Shown here piece after piece: positions 38,263 to 49,091 of a stretch of 64,000 nt of DNA. Under the pieces are notes generated by a model. It was not told the DNA's origin and did not search any database. It saw only the letters and a program-made list of their open reading frames with translations. Within the stretch, counting starts at the first letter, position 1; every line of letters starts with the position of its first letter. The stretch is taken from positions 124,001 to 188,000 of IMG/VR virus record IMGVR_UViG_3300026512_000002. One strand, written 5' to 3'. The position numbers and the translations under genes were made by a program.

Positions 38263-39660
38263 ATGAATAATAATTTATTTAACACAGCATTTATGAAAGT
38301 TTTATTTGAACAACAGAATTATTGTTATCTGAAAAAAAACGCAATTAAAATTAAGCGAGATAGAAATATATCATGGGATTTATTATCGTTAACGAATACA
38401 TCAGAAGAAATAATTATCCTATTTACAAATGAATTGAATTGGAAGTTATTAGGTTACAATACTAAGTTAACAAATAGTTTTATTATAAATAACCATGACA
38501 AACTTAACCCTAAAATTATTTCTAGATATCAAGAATTGGATAGGGTAACCATAGATATATTACGAGAGTGGTTATATTGGCCGTATATCGTTAAATATCA
38601 AGACAGTATATGTAGTGCTACTGATATGAATTTTATAGCTACACACATAGCGTATATTGATATTGATATACTATGTCAATATCGAGAAATTAACTCTAAT
38701 TGGATAGATACCAATTGGTTAGCTTTAAATATAAATGGTGATATAGTTAGTAGATATCAGAAATTAACATCAGCAACAATTAATAATCATATAGGATCTC
38801 TTAATTTCACATCATTGTTAATATCAACTAGTGTAGATTCCGAGACAATGGTCAATACATATTTGTCACATATTAATATAAACATAGCATTGGAATTTAT
38901 TCAATTTTCAGAATCTTTCTTAGAGTTACATTATAACGAGTTGAATAAATCTAGAATCTCCAGATATCAACATACTTTAACAGATCAATTTTTATCTAAC
39001 CATGCTGATGATTTAAATTGGACTCTTTTAAGTAAATATGCTTATCTAACCGAATCACAAATTACAACATATTTTAACAGATTAGATAAACGTTTAATAT
39101 CTAAATATCAAGTTTTATCTGAAACAGTGATTAGGGATAATATATATAAACTAGATACCACGTATCTATCTAAATATCAGACATTTACAGATGCATTTAT
39201 GATTGAAATGGCAGGGTTTTTAGATCCAAAAGCATTATGTGTTAATCAAAATATTAGTGATACTATTTTAAATAGTAGATTAGTATATGTATTAGATTTA
39301 GCTGTGTTATCTAAATATCGTTCATTTACAGAAACTCAAATATTGAAATACAAAAGTCGTTTAAACATGACATATGTTTCACAATATTCTCTAATGAGTG
39401 AAGGTTTTATACTATCACATTATATGGAATTTAAATTTAATAGCTATAAAATTTCTAGATACCAAACATTGTCACCAACTACAATGGAGCTAATGTTTGA
39501 TTGGTTAGATATAGATACAATTACTAAATACCAAACCCTTGATGAGAACATCATTAACAATCATAAAGATATGTTTAATATAGATTTGATTAAAAGATAT
39601 CAAATAACATTAAACCCAGCGTTTATAGATAACTTATTAAGTTATTGTGCCAATAATTGA
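38263..39660 (+). CDS. Tandem ~23-aa repeat (solenoid) protein, tryptophan-repeat-like
   Basis: Repeated L[DN]x..[IL]S[KR]YQ.L[ST]E.FI unit through most of the protein; late promoter at 38229-38240. Confidence 0.75.
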   Translation: MNNNLFNTAFMKVLFEQQNYCYLKKNAIKIKRDRNISWDLLSLTNTSEEIIILFTNELNWKLLGYNTKLTNSFIINNHDKLNPKIISRYQELDRVTIDILREWLYWPYIVKYQDSICSATDMNFIATHIAYIDIDILCQYREINSNWIDTNWLALNINGDIVSRYQKLTSATINNHIGSLNFTSLLISTSVDSETMVNTYLSHININIALEFIQFSESFLELHYNELNKSRISRYQHTLTDQFLSNHADDLNWTLLSKYAYLTESQITTYFNRLDKRLISKYQVLSETVIRDNIYKLDTTYLSKYQTFTDAFMIEMAGFLDPKALCVNQNISDTILNSRLVYVLDLAVLSKYRSFTETQILKYKSRLNMTYVSQYSLMSEGFILSHYMEFKFNSYKISRYQTLSPTTMELMFDWLDIDTITKYQTLDENIINNHKDMFNIDLIKRYQITLNPAFIDNLLSYCANN

Positions 39661-40667
39661 TTTTTCTTTATTTCGATTTGTTCTAGAATACCTTCTAATA
39701 GATTAATGGAATCATCTAGATCGTTATCTATTGTAGTATTATAAAACTCTAATGTCCAACCTATAGGATCGACTATTTTAGTATTATATAAATGCGTACC
39801 ATTTTCCATAGATGTTCTAATTCTTTTAATATCTTCTTCAATGGACATTATTTTACCTGGAGTATTGGCTTCGTTCAACATTTCAGTTACACCTATTTTA
39901 AAATCATCAACATATTCACCTAAGTTATAATTTTCTATCAATGTATCAATATCTACAAGTTTTATAGATGCCATTGTATTATGAATATCTGAGGTTAACT
40001 CAACTCCTTCTTTTAAAACATTTAAAGTGTTACATGTTTCATATATAGTATATATCAAACATGTTTCATTAAAAACATCTAAAACATTATCACCTGTTGT
40101 AGCAGCAGTAACAGAATACGATATATTCTCAAATAAGGATGGGTTACTTCTACGTACAAGTATTTCAGTTTTCACAGCATCTGATATATCTTCTAATGAT
40201 TCAGATATGTAATCTATAGACATATCCTTCATTTCATCTAATACAACTTTTACAACTTTTTCATATATTACATCTGGAATATCCATTGCTTCGTTTTTAA
40301 CAAATTCATCATATTTAATAGTAGTTTGATATATTCCTTCAGCATCCGTTATATCTTCATTCATCAATTTAGAATACTTGCTAGATAATGTTTTGTAAAC
40401 ATCTTCGCATTCTATAATAAAGTTAGTGGATTTATCTGTTGTTTTAATATATCCTTCTGATATGAGTTTTTTAAATCTACTCATAGCTACTGCTTTTATA
40501 TCATTGTAATAATTATCCACATACCCATCATCTAACACTAACGATTCCATGAATACATTAGTAAGTGTTCTGGTTAGAAAACTATTACTAATATTATGTA
40601 TCATCTCAAATCTATTAGACACATCATGTTGTCCATATAATCCTGTCTTATTAAAAATATTGTTCAT
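39642..40667 (-). CDS. Acidic probable internal head protein
   Basis: Many xxE|S/N/A sites; LFEN...ET.LIYTIYET.NTL module shared with neighbours. Confidence 0.5.
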   Translation of the reverse strand: MNNIFNKTGLYGQHDVSNRFEMIHNISNSFLTRTLTNVFMESLVLDDGYVDNYYNDIKAVAMSRFKKLISEGYIKTTDKSTNFIIECEDVYKTLSSKYSKLMNEDITDAEGIYQTTIKYDEFVKNEAMDIPDVIYEKVVKVVLDEMKDMSIDYISESLEDISDAVKTEILVRRSNPSLFENISYSVTAATTGDNVLDVFNETCLIYTIYETCNTLNVLKEGVELTSDIHNTMASIKLVDIDTLIENYNLGEYVDDFKIGVTEMLNEANTPGKIMSIEEDIKRIRTSMENGTHLYNTKIVDPIGWTLEFYNTTIDNDLDDSINLLEGILEQIEIKKNQLLAQ

Positions 40668-40685
40668 TTATTCACCTCATCAATA

Positions 40686-41351
40686 TTATATAGTATGAGT
40701 ACTGTTATCTTTATATACAAATGTTGGTTTATCATGGGGATTATCTTCAAGCAACTCATTTAAGCCCAATGACCAATACTCAACATCGTTTCCTATAAAT
40801 GCCTTAATAGTTTCATTTATAAGATATTTATCTAAACTATTATTATATAATTCCTTAATAACAAGATTCTCATTTATATTTATTTTATATTCATTGATTA
40901 TACTTTTTTCTAATATATGTGACTTTTCTTCTAATTGTTCTAATTTTGCTTGATATTTAAGTTTATCCAACTCACTCATATTATCAGTATTTTCTAATAC
41001 GATGTTATTAGAATAATATTCGGTTAAATCGTACACATGTTTATTGATACGATCTATATCATCTGTTAAGAAAATATCTATGTTTTCATTAATATTTATA
41101 TCAATATCACGCATATTGTTACTTTCTACAACATACCCTTTAACAACATCCATACATTGATTAAAACTTTCATTAAAAACGTTTGAAATGTTCATGTTTT
41201 TATTTTTCAATTTCACATATATATGTGATGGTGTTTCAGTAATATCAGATTTTATTCTTCTAACAGCCTCATATATAACGTGTGACGCTATAGCTAATTC
41301 TAGTTTCTCAAAACTATCATTTTTAGCACTAATTATATTGATATCGTACAT
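40686..41351 (-). CDS. Acidic probable internal head protein
   Basis: Start MYDIN at 41351 with AAGGA RBS; FNE|S, VVE|S, INE|N and VLE|N sites. Confidence 0.5.
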   Translation of the reverse strand: MYDINIISAKNDSFEKLELAIASHVIYEAVRRIKSDITETPSHIYVKLKNKNMNISNVFNESFNQCMDVVKGYVVESNNMRDIDININENIDIFLTDDIDRINKHVYDLTEYYSNNIVLENTDNMSELDKLKYQAKLEQLEEKSHILEKSIINEYKININENLVIKELYNNSLDKYLINETIKAFIGNDVEYWSLGLNELLEDNPHDKPTFVYKDNSTHTI

Positions 41352-41363
41352 AATAATCCTTAT

Positions 41364-41407
41364 AAAAAAAAAGAAGGTTATACCCATTATGTTAGATATA
41401 ACCTTCT
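41364..41407 (-). terminator. Rho-independent terminator (minus strand)
   Basis: AGAAGGTTATA...TATAACCTTCT inverted repeat with an A-run on its left (U-tract on the minus strand). Confidence 0.75.
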
Positions 41408-41433
41408 AGTAGTATAAACAGGTCTATTGATTA

Positions 41434-42510
41434 CTATTTACTTTTTTTAAGAACAGATACTAAACCTTTTTTCTTTTTAGTTTCTGGTTCTTTTTTAAGT
41501 TTTGGTAATGAACTTGTTACGAGCTCACCCATTTTACTTATAGCTTTATCAGCCATTTCATTTAATTTTTTATCTTTTTTAGCTATAATTTTCTTAGCAC
41601 ATTTAGCAGCTTTACCATGTTTTGTTCTAGCTTTAATGGGTTCTACTGTATCATCATCACCGTCACCGTCATCATCACCGTCTCCAACATCTGCTGCTAG
41701 TTTGGCAACTTCTTCATCTAAAATATATTCATCATCATTAATACCAATTGATTCAGCCAAGTTCATAATTTGTTCATTAACAGGTACTTTATTACTAGTG
41801 TTTTCTTCTTCAATAACATTATCATCAGTAACAACTAATGTTTCAAATACATATTCCATTTCCATTTTCATATCTTTGTCGTTATCCATCGTTGGGTTAT
41901 AACCCATGTTTTCAACAATATATTCACCTGTACTTTCTTCACTATTGATAGCTTCTTTAAGCCCATAAATATATTCTACGAACAATTCAAGGTTTTTACT
42001 ATTACTATAGTCTTCAGTTAATGCATCTGTAAATTCTTTTAATAACTTATTATTGCTATTAAATAAACTAGCATTTTCTGTAAAAATTGTAGGTAGTTTA
42101 AAAGTATCACCTTGTGTACTCATTACAATTTCACCACCACCCATAACATTAAACATTTCATATAACACCAACTTACTTTCAGTATAAACTTTAAGTTCTT
42201 CATTGTCGTTAACATTTTCAATTAAGATACTTTCAGCAATAGTTGTATCTTTATTAATGTTTTCTTGGATTTTTTCACTTAATGCATTCAAATCTTCTTG
42301 ATTCAATTCATTATCATAATCTTGTTCAGCATAATATTTCATATGCTCAATACCTGTTTCATCAATAGCAACGTTTCTGAAATAATCTTCAAATGTTTCA
42401 AATGCTTCTGTAGTAATAGTTTTACCAATTTCACCATTAACATCCTCTGTTAATAAGTTAACGTATAATACTGTAGCATTATATGCTGCTTTAGTTATTA
42501 ATCTTTCCAT
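41434..42510 (-). CDS. Very acidic probable scaffold/internal head protein with a basic C-terminal tail
   Basis: Own late promoter (42530-42541) and terminator; dense xxE sites; Lys-rich C-terminus. Confidence 0.55.
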   Translation of the reverse strand: MERLITKAAYNATVLYVNLLTEDVNGEIGKTITTEAFETFEDYFRNVAIDETGIEHMKYYAEQDYDNELNQEDLNALSEKIQENINKDTTIAESILIENVNDNEELKVYTESKLVLYEMFNVMGGGEIVMSTQGDTFKLPTIFTENASLFNSNNKLLKEFTDALTEDYSNSKNLELFVEYIYGLKEAINSEESTGEYIVENMGYNPTMDNDKDMKMEMEYVFETLVVTDDNVIEEENTSNKVPVNEQIMNLAESIGINDDEYILDEEVAKLAADVGDGDDDGDGDDDTVEPIKARTKHGKAAKCAKKIIAKKDKKLNEMADKAISKMGELVTSSLPKLKKEPETKKKKGLVSVLKKSK

Positions 42511-42552
42511 GTCAAATCTCCTATATAATTATTTAATTGTTAATACTTGATA

Positions 42553-43671
42553 TTATTTCAATTCACGAAGTAAATTTTCTTTAACTGTTTTTATATCGAT
42601 ATTATCATTACTAATGTCATCATCGTCAGTATCACCACCTATCAATGAATCTTTTATCACATCATCTACATCATCATTAGGGTCCTTTTTCTTTTCATCC
42701 AATACGTTTAATAATTTTTCATACTTATTGTTCATATTATCATCAATTGATGCTGTTGCAAACGTTTCGGCAATAATACTAATATTATCATCATATTCAT
42801 ACTCATATGACTCAACAACACCTTTGTTTAGTATACCTTCAGCAACTCTTCTTATATTACCATAAAACTTAATATATAAACTCATAAGCTTTTTCACTTC
42901 ACCTATTATAATTGTACTAGCTAATTTATAAGCTTGTGTAGCAGCAACCATACCGTTTTGGTTTCTAGGTTTAGTTATACTACCTTTTCCAATATATTTG
43001 AATTCAAGATTTCTATTAGCTATTTTAGTCCCAGTTGTTTTATTTTTAGCAATTAGAAATGTTTCAGCATCATTCATAATATTATCCATTTTACTATACA
43101 TTGATCTGAGCAATATAATGTCACCGTTACCATTGGTAATAGCATCAGTAATATCTTTCATATATTTGTTAGCTTTTTTAGTGGTGTAATGTTTTTTCAA
43201 ATATTCTGGATCAGTTAATTTGATAAACACATTATGTCTTTTACGAATAAGACTTATATGTTTATCCGGATTAGTTGCAATTACTTTCATTTTACCATCA
43301 ATCAATATTTTAATATTATCGGCAACACTATTCTTAGCATCTTTTATATACTTATAATCTAATGACACTATTTTTTTATCTGAATTTTTTAAACCCGTAA
43401 TAATTGTATTAAGATTACTCTTTAACATATTAACAGTACTTTCCAACTCACTCAATGTATCACCTAAATTTTCTTTAAGACCACCTAATAATTTTTTAAA
43501 AAACTCGATAATACTATCAATGATACCTTCATTAATAACATCATAAAGTTGGTCTAATGCAACATAATCTTCTGATAAGATTAAATCGCGTTCAATAGCA
43601 TAGTGCTCTTCCAAAAAATCGGCTATTTCTATTTCAGATTCTAAATATAAAACCCTATCTTGATCTGTCAT
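42553..43671 (-). CDS. Internal head protein family member
   Basis: Acidic propeptide, INE|G followed by amphipathic GIIDSIIEFFKKLL, basic core, acidic tail after VVE|S. Confidence 0.55.
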   Translation of the reverse strand: MTDQDRVLYLESEIEIADFLEEHYAIERDLILSEDYVALDQLYDVINEGIIDSIIEFFKKLLGGLKENLGDTLSELESTVNMLKSNLNTIITGLKNSDKKIVSLDYKYIKDAKNSVADNIKILIDGKMKVIATNPDKHISLIRKRHNVFIKLTDPEYLKKHYTTKKANKYMKDITDAITNGNGDIILLRSMYSKMDNIMNDAETFLIAKNKTTGTKIANRNLEFKYIGKGSITKPRNQNGMVAATQAYKLASTIIIGEVKKLMSLYIKFYGNIRRVAEGILNKGVVESYEYEYDDNISIIAETFATASIDDNMNNKYEKLLNVLDEKKKDPNDDVDDVIKDSLIGGDTDDDDISNDNIDIKTVKENLLRELK

Positions 43672-43680
43672 ATTATACTC

Positions 43681-44790
43681 CTATATTAAAATCAAATTAT
43701 CATCAATTTTCTTTTTAACATGTACACCAGTCATATCTGTAACATCTCCAACAGCATCAGAATGTGTATCTATGTTAGGTATATCACTACCCGTTTTAAT
43801 TGCAGGTACTCGTTTATCTATTTTTCTTTCAACTATTTCAGCGGTCATAATTTTATTTTCTTCAGCAATATCGTCTTCGACTTGTTTGCTTATCGTTTTC
43901 TCTTTTACTTCTAAAAATTTAGCCCATTTCTTCAATCGCTCAGTCCATTTTTTTTCTTTAAATGCAACTGAACGGTTGTATCTAGCATCAATACCAGTAC
44001 TTAATGATACATAGCTAGATTTTGTAAACATTGCAACATCTTCTAAATAATCAGATACGTTTTGTTTTATATGAAAAAAAAACCATGTAACTTTTCTCAA
44101 CAAATATATTGCTGTTAAAATAGCCCCACCCATAATAAGAGCAGGTGCTGCTTCGACTATGATATTACTATCGTCTATGCTGCTACTCTGATCTATTATA
44201 ACGCTTTCATCTAATATAACTAAAGATTTAATTGTTTTTTCATTCATGGTATTTAAAATCGTTTTAGCCGCTTTTAAATAAGTTTCAATAATAATACCTC
44301 TATTGATCACACTAAAACCATTCGCTCTACGACCCACAAACTTAAACCCTGAAATATTATCATTCATTCTAATTGTTGTGCTCAATATATATCTACTAAT
44401 AAATAATATAACTATAATAATAGTTAAATATAATGTTTTAATATTTTCATTATGGAAATTACTTTTAAACATATTTTTATAAGCCAACACGCGTTTATAT
44501 AACTGTTCACCTGTATGTATCAGATCTATAGTTAATTCATCAGCAACCTTGTCATTCCCAAATGCTAAATGACGCATTATTGTAAATAAATTTCCCTCTA
44601 ATCCTTCTATTTTAGTAATATCACCTTTACTATTTTCAATTTCAGAACTAGAAACATATTCAGACGATACTCTTAAATTTTTCAATACACTAGTTAGTAA
44701 CCTAAGATTAGTATCATCATTATGGCTATTTTCTACAATATAATCATATAGTTTATTATCATTTACTATCTCTTTAATATTATTAATCAT
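43681..44790 (-). CDS. Probable virion protein with hydrophobic segments
   Basis: SKGDITKI; hydrophobic TLYLTIIIVILFIS and IVE|AAPALIMGGAILTAIYLL. Confidence 0.55.
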   Translation of the reverse strand: MINNIKEIVNDNKLYDYIVENSHNDDTNLRLLTSVLKNLRVSSEYVSSSEIENSKGDITKIEGLEGNLFTIMRHLAFGNDKVADELTIDLIHTGEQLYKRVLAYKNMFKSNFHNENIKTLYLTIIIVILFISRYILSTTIRMNDNISGFKFVGRRANGFSVINRGIIIETYLKAAKTILNTMNEKTIKSLVILDESVIIDQSSSIDDSNIIVEAAPALIMGGAILTAIYLLRKVTWFFFHIKQNVSDYLEDVAMFTKSSYVSLSTGIDARYNRSVAFKEKKWTERLKKWAKFLEVKEKTISKQVEDDIAEENKIMTAEIVERKIDKRVPAIKTGSDIPNIDTHSDAVGDVTDMTGVHVKKKIDDNLILI

Positions 44791-44792
44791 AT

Positions 44793-46547
44793 CTACCTTC
44801 TACTATTCGTATAATCTATTAAACTTTTAATTATTTTATTTTGACTTGAGTCATTTTCATTTTTGATATCACTAAACATGTACGTGTCAAATGTCTTATC
44901 ATCAACATCATACATGTCAACAGTTTCATTAGCTTGATCAACAATTAAAAAATTGGTAATCAATAATTTGGAAAACAACATATTTGTGTATCTACTATTT
45001 CTAATATCTATTCCATATTTTTCATTTAGTACAAAAACATCATCAGTTGATAGAATTAAACTAGAAACAGGTAAAGTTACAGGTCTTTTAAATGTCTTAC
45101 GTATAATATTATCTGAATGACCATCAAATATCTTTTTCCATAATTTAGGTATGCGACTATTTCTATCTCTAGCAATTGTTTTAATACCATTATTTATACC
45201 TAATAAGATGTCTTTAAATAAAGATATTTCTCCAGAACTCCATTTAATAAAATTAAGTAAAACAGATTTATTTTTAACAGCATTTGCAATTTGATCAAGC
45301 ATCTCAGATTGTTTAATAAAATGTGATTTGGTCTTAATGGCTAACATTTTTCGCATATTTAAGCTTTTACCATCACTAGTAGTAACTACGACTTCAAACT
45401 CAACAAGTGTTGGTTGTAACGAATTGTATTTTTTAACAACTTGATCTAATAATCTACCACCATTTTGTACAACACCTAACACTTTTGGGGTATCACCAAT
45501 ATTATCAGATGTGATATCAGATATTGCTTTTTCCCAATTTTTACCATCCATATCACCTATAATATCTTCTGGTCTAGCATATTTTTTTAACAAATCTTTT
45601 TTATTAGCATAATATTGGCCTCTAATAGTGGAAGCTAGTTCTTTACCAAGTTCTTCCTTAGTGGCTAATTGTATATCTAATTTACGATTAATGTCAACAA
45701 TATCTTTTCGTATAGCATTATACCTAGCACTGTCTTGTGGTATCGAATTTAATTCATTTTGCAATATCTCTCTGTTGTGTAACATACCTTTGATATCTCG
45801 CGATACATTATTATAGTTCTTTTTCACATCATCTATTAACTTAACAGATACATTGTTTTTATTAGTTGAATTTTTATTGTTTTCATCATTGTTGTTGTTT
45901 TCATTTCTATTATTAGCATTTCTATTATTGTTGTTGTTGTTTTCATTTCTATTATTAGCATTTCTATTATTGTTGTTGTTGTTTTCATTTCTATTATTGT
46001 TATTTCTATTATTAGCATTTCTATTATTATTATTTCTATTATTATTATTATTATTTCTATTATTAGCATTTCTATTATTGTTATTTCTATTATTAGCATT
46101 TCTATTATTGTTATTTCCATTTCTTCTAGTAGCTTCATTTAATATAGCTAAATTTATATCATGAGACACATTCATATATTCTAGGATATATGACCAATTT
46201 TTAATATAATGAATCGTATTAACAGATCCTTTATTTAAGTCTAATAACATTGATTCATTTTGATAAGTTAACCCAATGTGTTTTTTAATAGAGTCTTTAA
46301 CATCTATCGCTTGATGCGCTGACATTATTATCTGTATATATGATACATATTCACGTTCCAAACCCTTCATTAATAAAGATGCTACATCATAATCAATACC
46401 ATCTGTAAAAATAAGTGGAAAAACAAGAGTATCTTTATTTGCCATTTGTCTAAAAGTTGGAACTTTTGACATTGGATTACCTATAATGAGTTTCTTAACC
46501 TCATCGAATGATGCGTTAGCAAATTGTACTATATCTGAAATAGCCAT
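44793..46547 (-). CDS. Probable virion protein containing an Asn/Arg low-complexity repeat
   Basis: Late promoter at 46570-46581; repeat begins right after ILNE|A. Confidence 0.6.
   Translation of the reverse strand: MAISDIVQFANASFDEVKKLIIGNPMSKVPTFRQMANKDTLVFPLIFTDGIDYDVASLLMKGLEREYVSYIQIIMSAHQAIDVKDSIKKHIGLTYQNESMLLDLNKGSVNTIHYIKNWSYILEYMNVSHDINLAILNEATRRNGNNNNRNANNRNNNNRNANNRNNNNNNRNNNNRNANNRNNNNRNENNNNNNRNANNRNENNNNNNRNANNRNENNNNDENNKNSTNKNNVSVKLIDDVKKNYNNVSRDIKGMLHNREILQNELNSIPQDSARYNAIRKDIVDINRKLDIQLATKEELGKELASTIRGQYYANKKDLLKKYARPEDIIGDMDGKNWEKAISDITSDNIGDTPKVLGVVQNGGRLLDQVVKKYNSLQPTLVEFEVVVTTSDGKSLNMRKMLAIKTKSHFIKQSEMLDQIANAVKNKSVLLNFIKWSSGEISLFKDILLGINNGIKTIARDRNSRIPKLWKKIFDGHSDNIIRKTFKRPVTLPVSSLILSTDDVFVLNEKYGIDIRNSRYTNMLFSKLLITNFLIVDQANETVDMYDVDDKTFDTYMFSDIKNENDSSQNKIIKSLIDYTNSRR
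45860..46126 (-). repeat. Imperfect tandem repeat encoding (RNANNRN[N/E]NNN)n
   Basis: Recurrent tttctattattagcatttctattatt units on the + strand. Confidence 0.9.
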
Positions 46548-46632
46548 ATAACCTCTATTGTATAATATTTATACTATTGTTTATAAAAAAAAATAACAGG
46601 GATGTGTGTGTAATATTTTTAATTATCTATAG

Positions 46633-47259
46633 TTAATCCATATCTCTAACCTTATTTTTACCATAGACATATGTTAACAAATCCCACATATTTGAAGATT
46701 GTTCCCCGTTATTTTTACTACTACTTTCATTATTTTTATCGACATAACTATTAGTATAATTACTATTACTATTGTTTCTGTTGGCATTTTTTTTGTTCTT
46801 ATAATTATTATTATTATTATTATTTCTCTTACCACCATTAACATAGTTATTATTAACATAATAATGATTATTTTCAATCACATAACTATCATCTCTTATC
46901 CTATTAGAGTTATTAGTTTTCTTTTTCTTATAAGGTTTCTTACCATGATAACAATTATTTTTCTTTGATTTAAAACCCTTATTAGTTTCACTAAAACTTA
47001 TGAATAACCAAATACCCTTGGTTCTCATAAGAACAACTTTCTGCATCATATAGATCTTAGAAGTTTCAATAAGTGTTCTTAGCGATTTCTTATCGAATAT
47101 TTTACCTCTAACAGTACAGTATTTATTTTTTTTTAAGTCGATATTCTTGTATTCTTGCTTAAAAGTTTTTAGAAATACTTGACTACGATCTAATATGATA
47201 AAATTATTCTCACCACCCATATTTATGGCTGATAAAACTTTTTTATACATATTAGTCAT
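46633..47259 (-). CDS. Hypothetical basic protein with an Asn-rich C-terminal half
   Basis: GAGGAG RBS; N/K/Y-rich low-complexity region. Confidence 0.6.
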   Translation of the reverse strand: MTNMYKKVLSAINMGGENNFIILDRSQVFLKTFKQEYKNIDLKKNKYCTVRGKIFDKKSLRTLIETSKIYMMQKVVLMRTKGIWLFISFSETNKGFKSKKNNCYHGKKPYKKKKTNNSNRIRDDSYVIENNHYYVNNNYVNGGKRNNNNNNNYKNKKNANRNNSNSNYTNSYVDKNNESSSKNNGEQSSNMWDLLTYVYGKNKVRDMD

Positions 47260-47363
47260 AATCTCTCCTCATATTACACACACACAAATATAATATATTA
47301 TCGAATATATTGTTAAATAATAGTATGTATAACAATGTATTAAAGATAAATATAGGATTCAAT

Positions 47364-49076
47364 ATGACCGAATTTAACAATACAAACACAATTTTTAAAA
47401 AACTACAAAAAGAATCTAGTACCAATTTACAAGAATTGTTAGATAAAATAAAAGCAGGTGTTCATAAAGACAATGTTAGTACAACAAATTCCAATCTTGA
47501 TTGGTTTAATAAAAGTAATAGTAATACAACTAGAGATGAGTTTGATAAAATTGTATCAGAAACATTAAATGTAACATTGAAAAGACTGATGGAACCTTCA
47601 ACTCAAACATATAAAGGTGATGTTGAACATATGATATCCAAACATAACACTGATGGAATATATTTCCAAACAGCTCCGTTCACTTTTCTATATTTTGTTC
47701 CACCAGATTTAGCAGGTATTGACTACGATTATTTTTCCATAAAAAAAGAAAGGGGTTTTAATGATGTTATATCCGAAGTCTCTAAACAACAAACAGTCAT
47801 AAATGCTGATGCAAATCAACAACATTATGAATTAGCCATTCTTCCAGATGAACTTAAAGGTGTAAATATAGGTTTAAGACAGATGTTGAAACAAGATGTT
47901 GATTACTATCCTATGGCTGATCGACCGACTGGATATAATAATAAAATTTTATTTAATCGTAATACAACTATACCTATACTTAATAATTTTGCAGTACCAT
48001 CTAGTATAAATACTATCGATGGGCAAATGAGTACATTTGATTCCTCTGAAAATGTTATTCTAGTTAAACAGGTTTTGCCTAAAACAATTATAGATAGCTA
48101 TGCTACAAACCAAGTAACAGTTACCTTTAACGAAATAGGTTCTGCAAAATATGGTACAGCTATGATAACGAATCTACATAAAGCGTGGATAAAATACATG
48201 GAGTATGTGGTAAACGGTCAATTAAATCCAACAGCTAAATATACATCAGGTATCAATTATAGAATAAACGAAGAAACTAGAGCATTAGAAGTCAATGTTG
48301 ATGATGACAATGGAACAGCCCAAATAGGTAAAAGTAAAGAATATAGAAGAGCTATAAATTATTTCGGAGCATTATATTATTTTAAATTAGAACCTGATGG
48401 TAAAACATTAGTACATTGGGGTAAATGGACAGGTTTATTTCCTACTCAAATAACATCAAGTACATTTAATAGTGAAAACGGTCATCCTAAAATACAGGTA
48501 CAATACCAAAGTCAATTTTTTGAGGAAAATAATATACAAACACTTATTGAGTTCAACATGTTAAATGTTGTATATAATATCAAATTTAATAAAAATAGTG
48601 CTAATGATGCATATAAGAAGTTGACAGAGTTTTCAGAATTAGATCGAAATATTGCCCTCATAACATATAAAGATACCCAAAAATCTAACACTATTGATCG
48701 CAGATATCAGTTATATGTTGGTAATGAAGTTGAAGAATTATTAACAAAAATTGAACAGAGTAATGATACTGAGAAGCGTGCAAATATTTCAGAATTGGAT
48801 GATAATTCCGGACACTTTTCATTAGTAACCATGGATTCTTTAGATTATCATGATGTTGATACGAAAGACATGGAGCCAGCTACTTTTGATAAAATATTGA
48901 TGAGTAAAAACAATGGTGTCGAATATGTGAAATTCACCGAAGAAGAGATGAATGCTAAAGTTTTTAGTGGTATTGATAATATTATATCTAAAATTGAAAA
49001 TATTAAAGTTAATTCAGCCGATGCGGAAAAAGGTAGAAGTTTAGACAATACCAATACCGATGGTGCAACTAATTGA
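47364..49076 (+). CDS. Tail-tube-like baseplate protein (gp48/gp54-type)
   Basis: F.YF.PPD, VTVTFNE...W..Y...V, YYFKL.PDG...W.K.TGLFP parallels the tube protein 15183..16094; precedes the gp6-like gene; late promoter at 47331-47342. Confidence 0.55.
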   Translation: MTEFNNTNTIFKKLQKESSTNLQELLDKIKAGVHKDNVSTTNSNLDWFNKSNSNTTRDEFDKIVSETLNVTLKRLMEPSTQTYKGDVEHMISKHNTDGIYFQTAPFTFLYFVPPDLAGIDYDYFSIKKERGFNDVISEVSKQQTVINADANQQHYELAILPDELKGVNIGLRQMLKQDVDYYPMADRPTGYNNKILFNRNTTIPILNNFAVPSSINTIDGQMSTFDSSENVILVKQVLPKTIIDSYATNQVTVTFNEIGSAKYGTAMITNLHKAWIKYMEYVVNGQLNPTAKYTSGINYRINEETRALEVNVDDDNGTAQIGKSKEYRRAINYFGALYYFKLEPDGKTLVHWGKWTGLFPTQITSSTFNSENGHPKIQVQYQSQFFEENNIQTLIEFNMLNVVYNIKFNKNSANDAYKKLTEFSELDRNIALITYKDTQKSNTIDRRYQLYVGNEVEELLTKIEQSNDTEKRANISELDDNSGHFSLVTMDSLDYHDVDTKDMEPATFDKILMSKNNGVEYVKFTEEEMNAKVFSGIDNIISKIENIKVNSADAEKGRSLDNTNTDGATN

Positions 49077-49091
49077 TTGTGAGGATAACTT

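Noticed and set aside
45836-46164. Poly-Leu/Phe ORF (45853..46164 +) and Ile/Thr/Glu ORF (45836..46138 -) that look like membrane or repeat proteins
   Set aside because: They are the antisense and alternate-frame readings of the Asn/Arg repeat in 44793..46547 and have no RBS.
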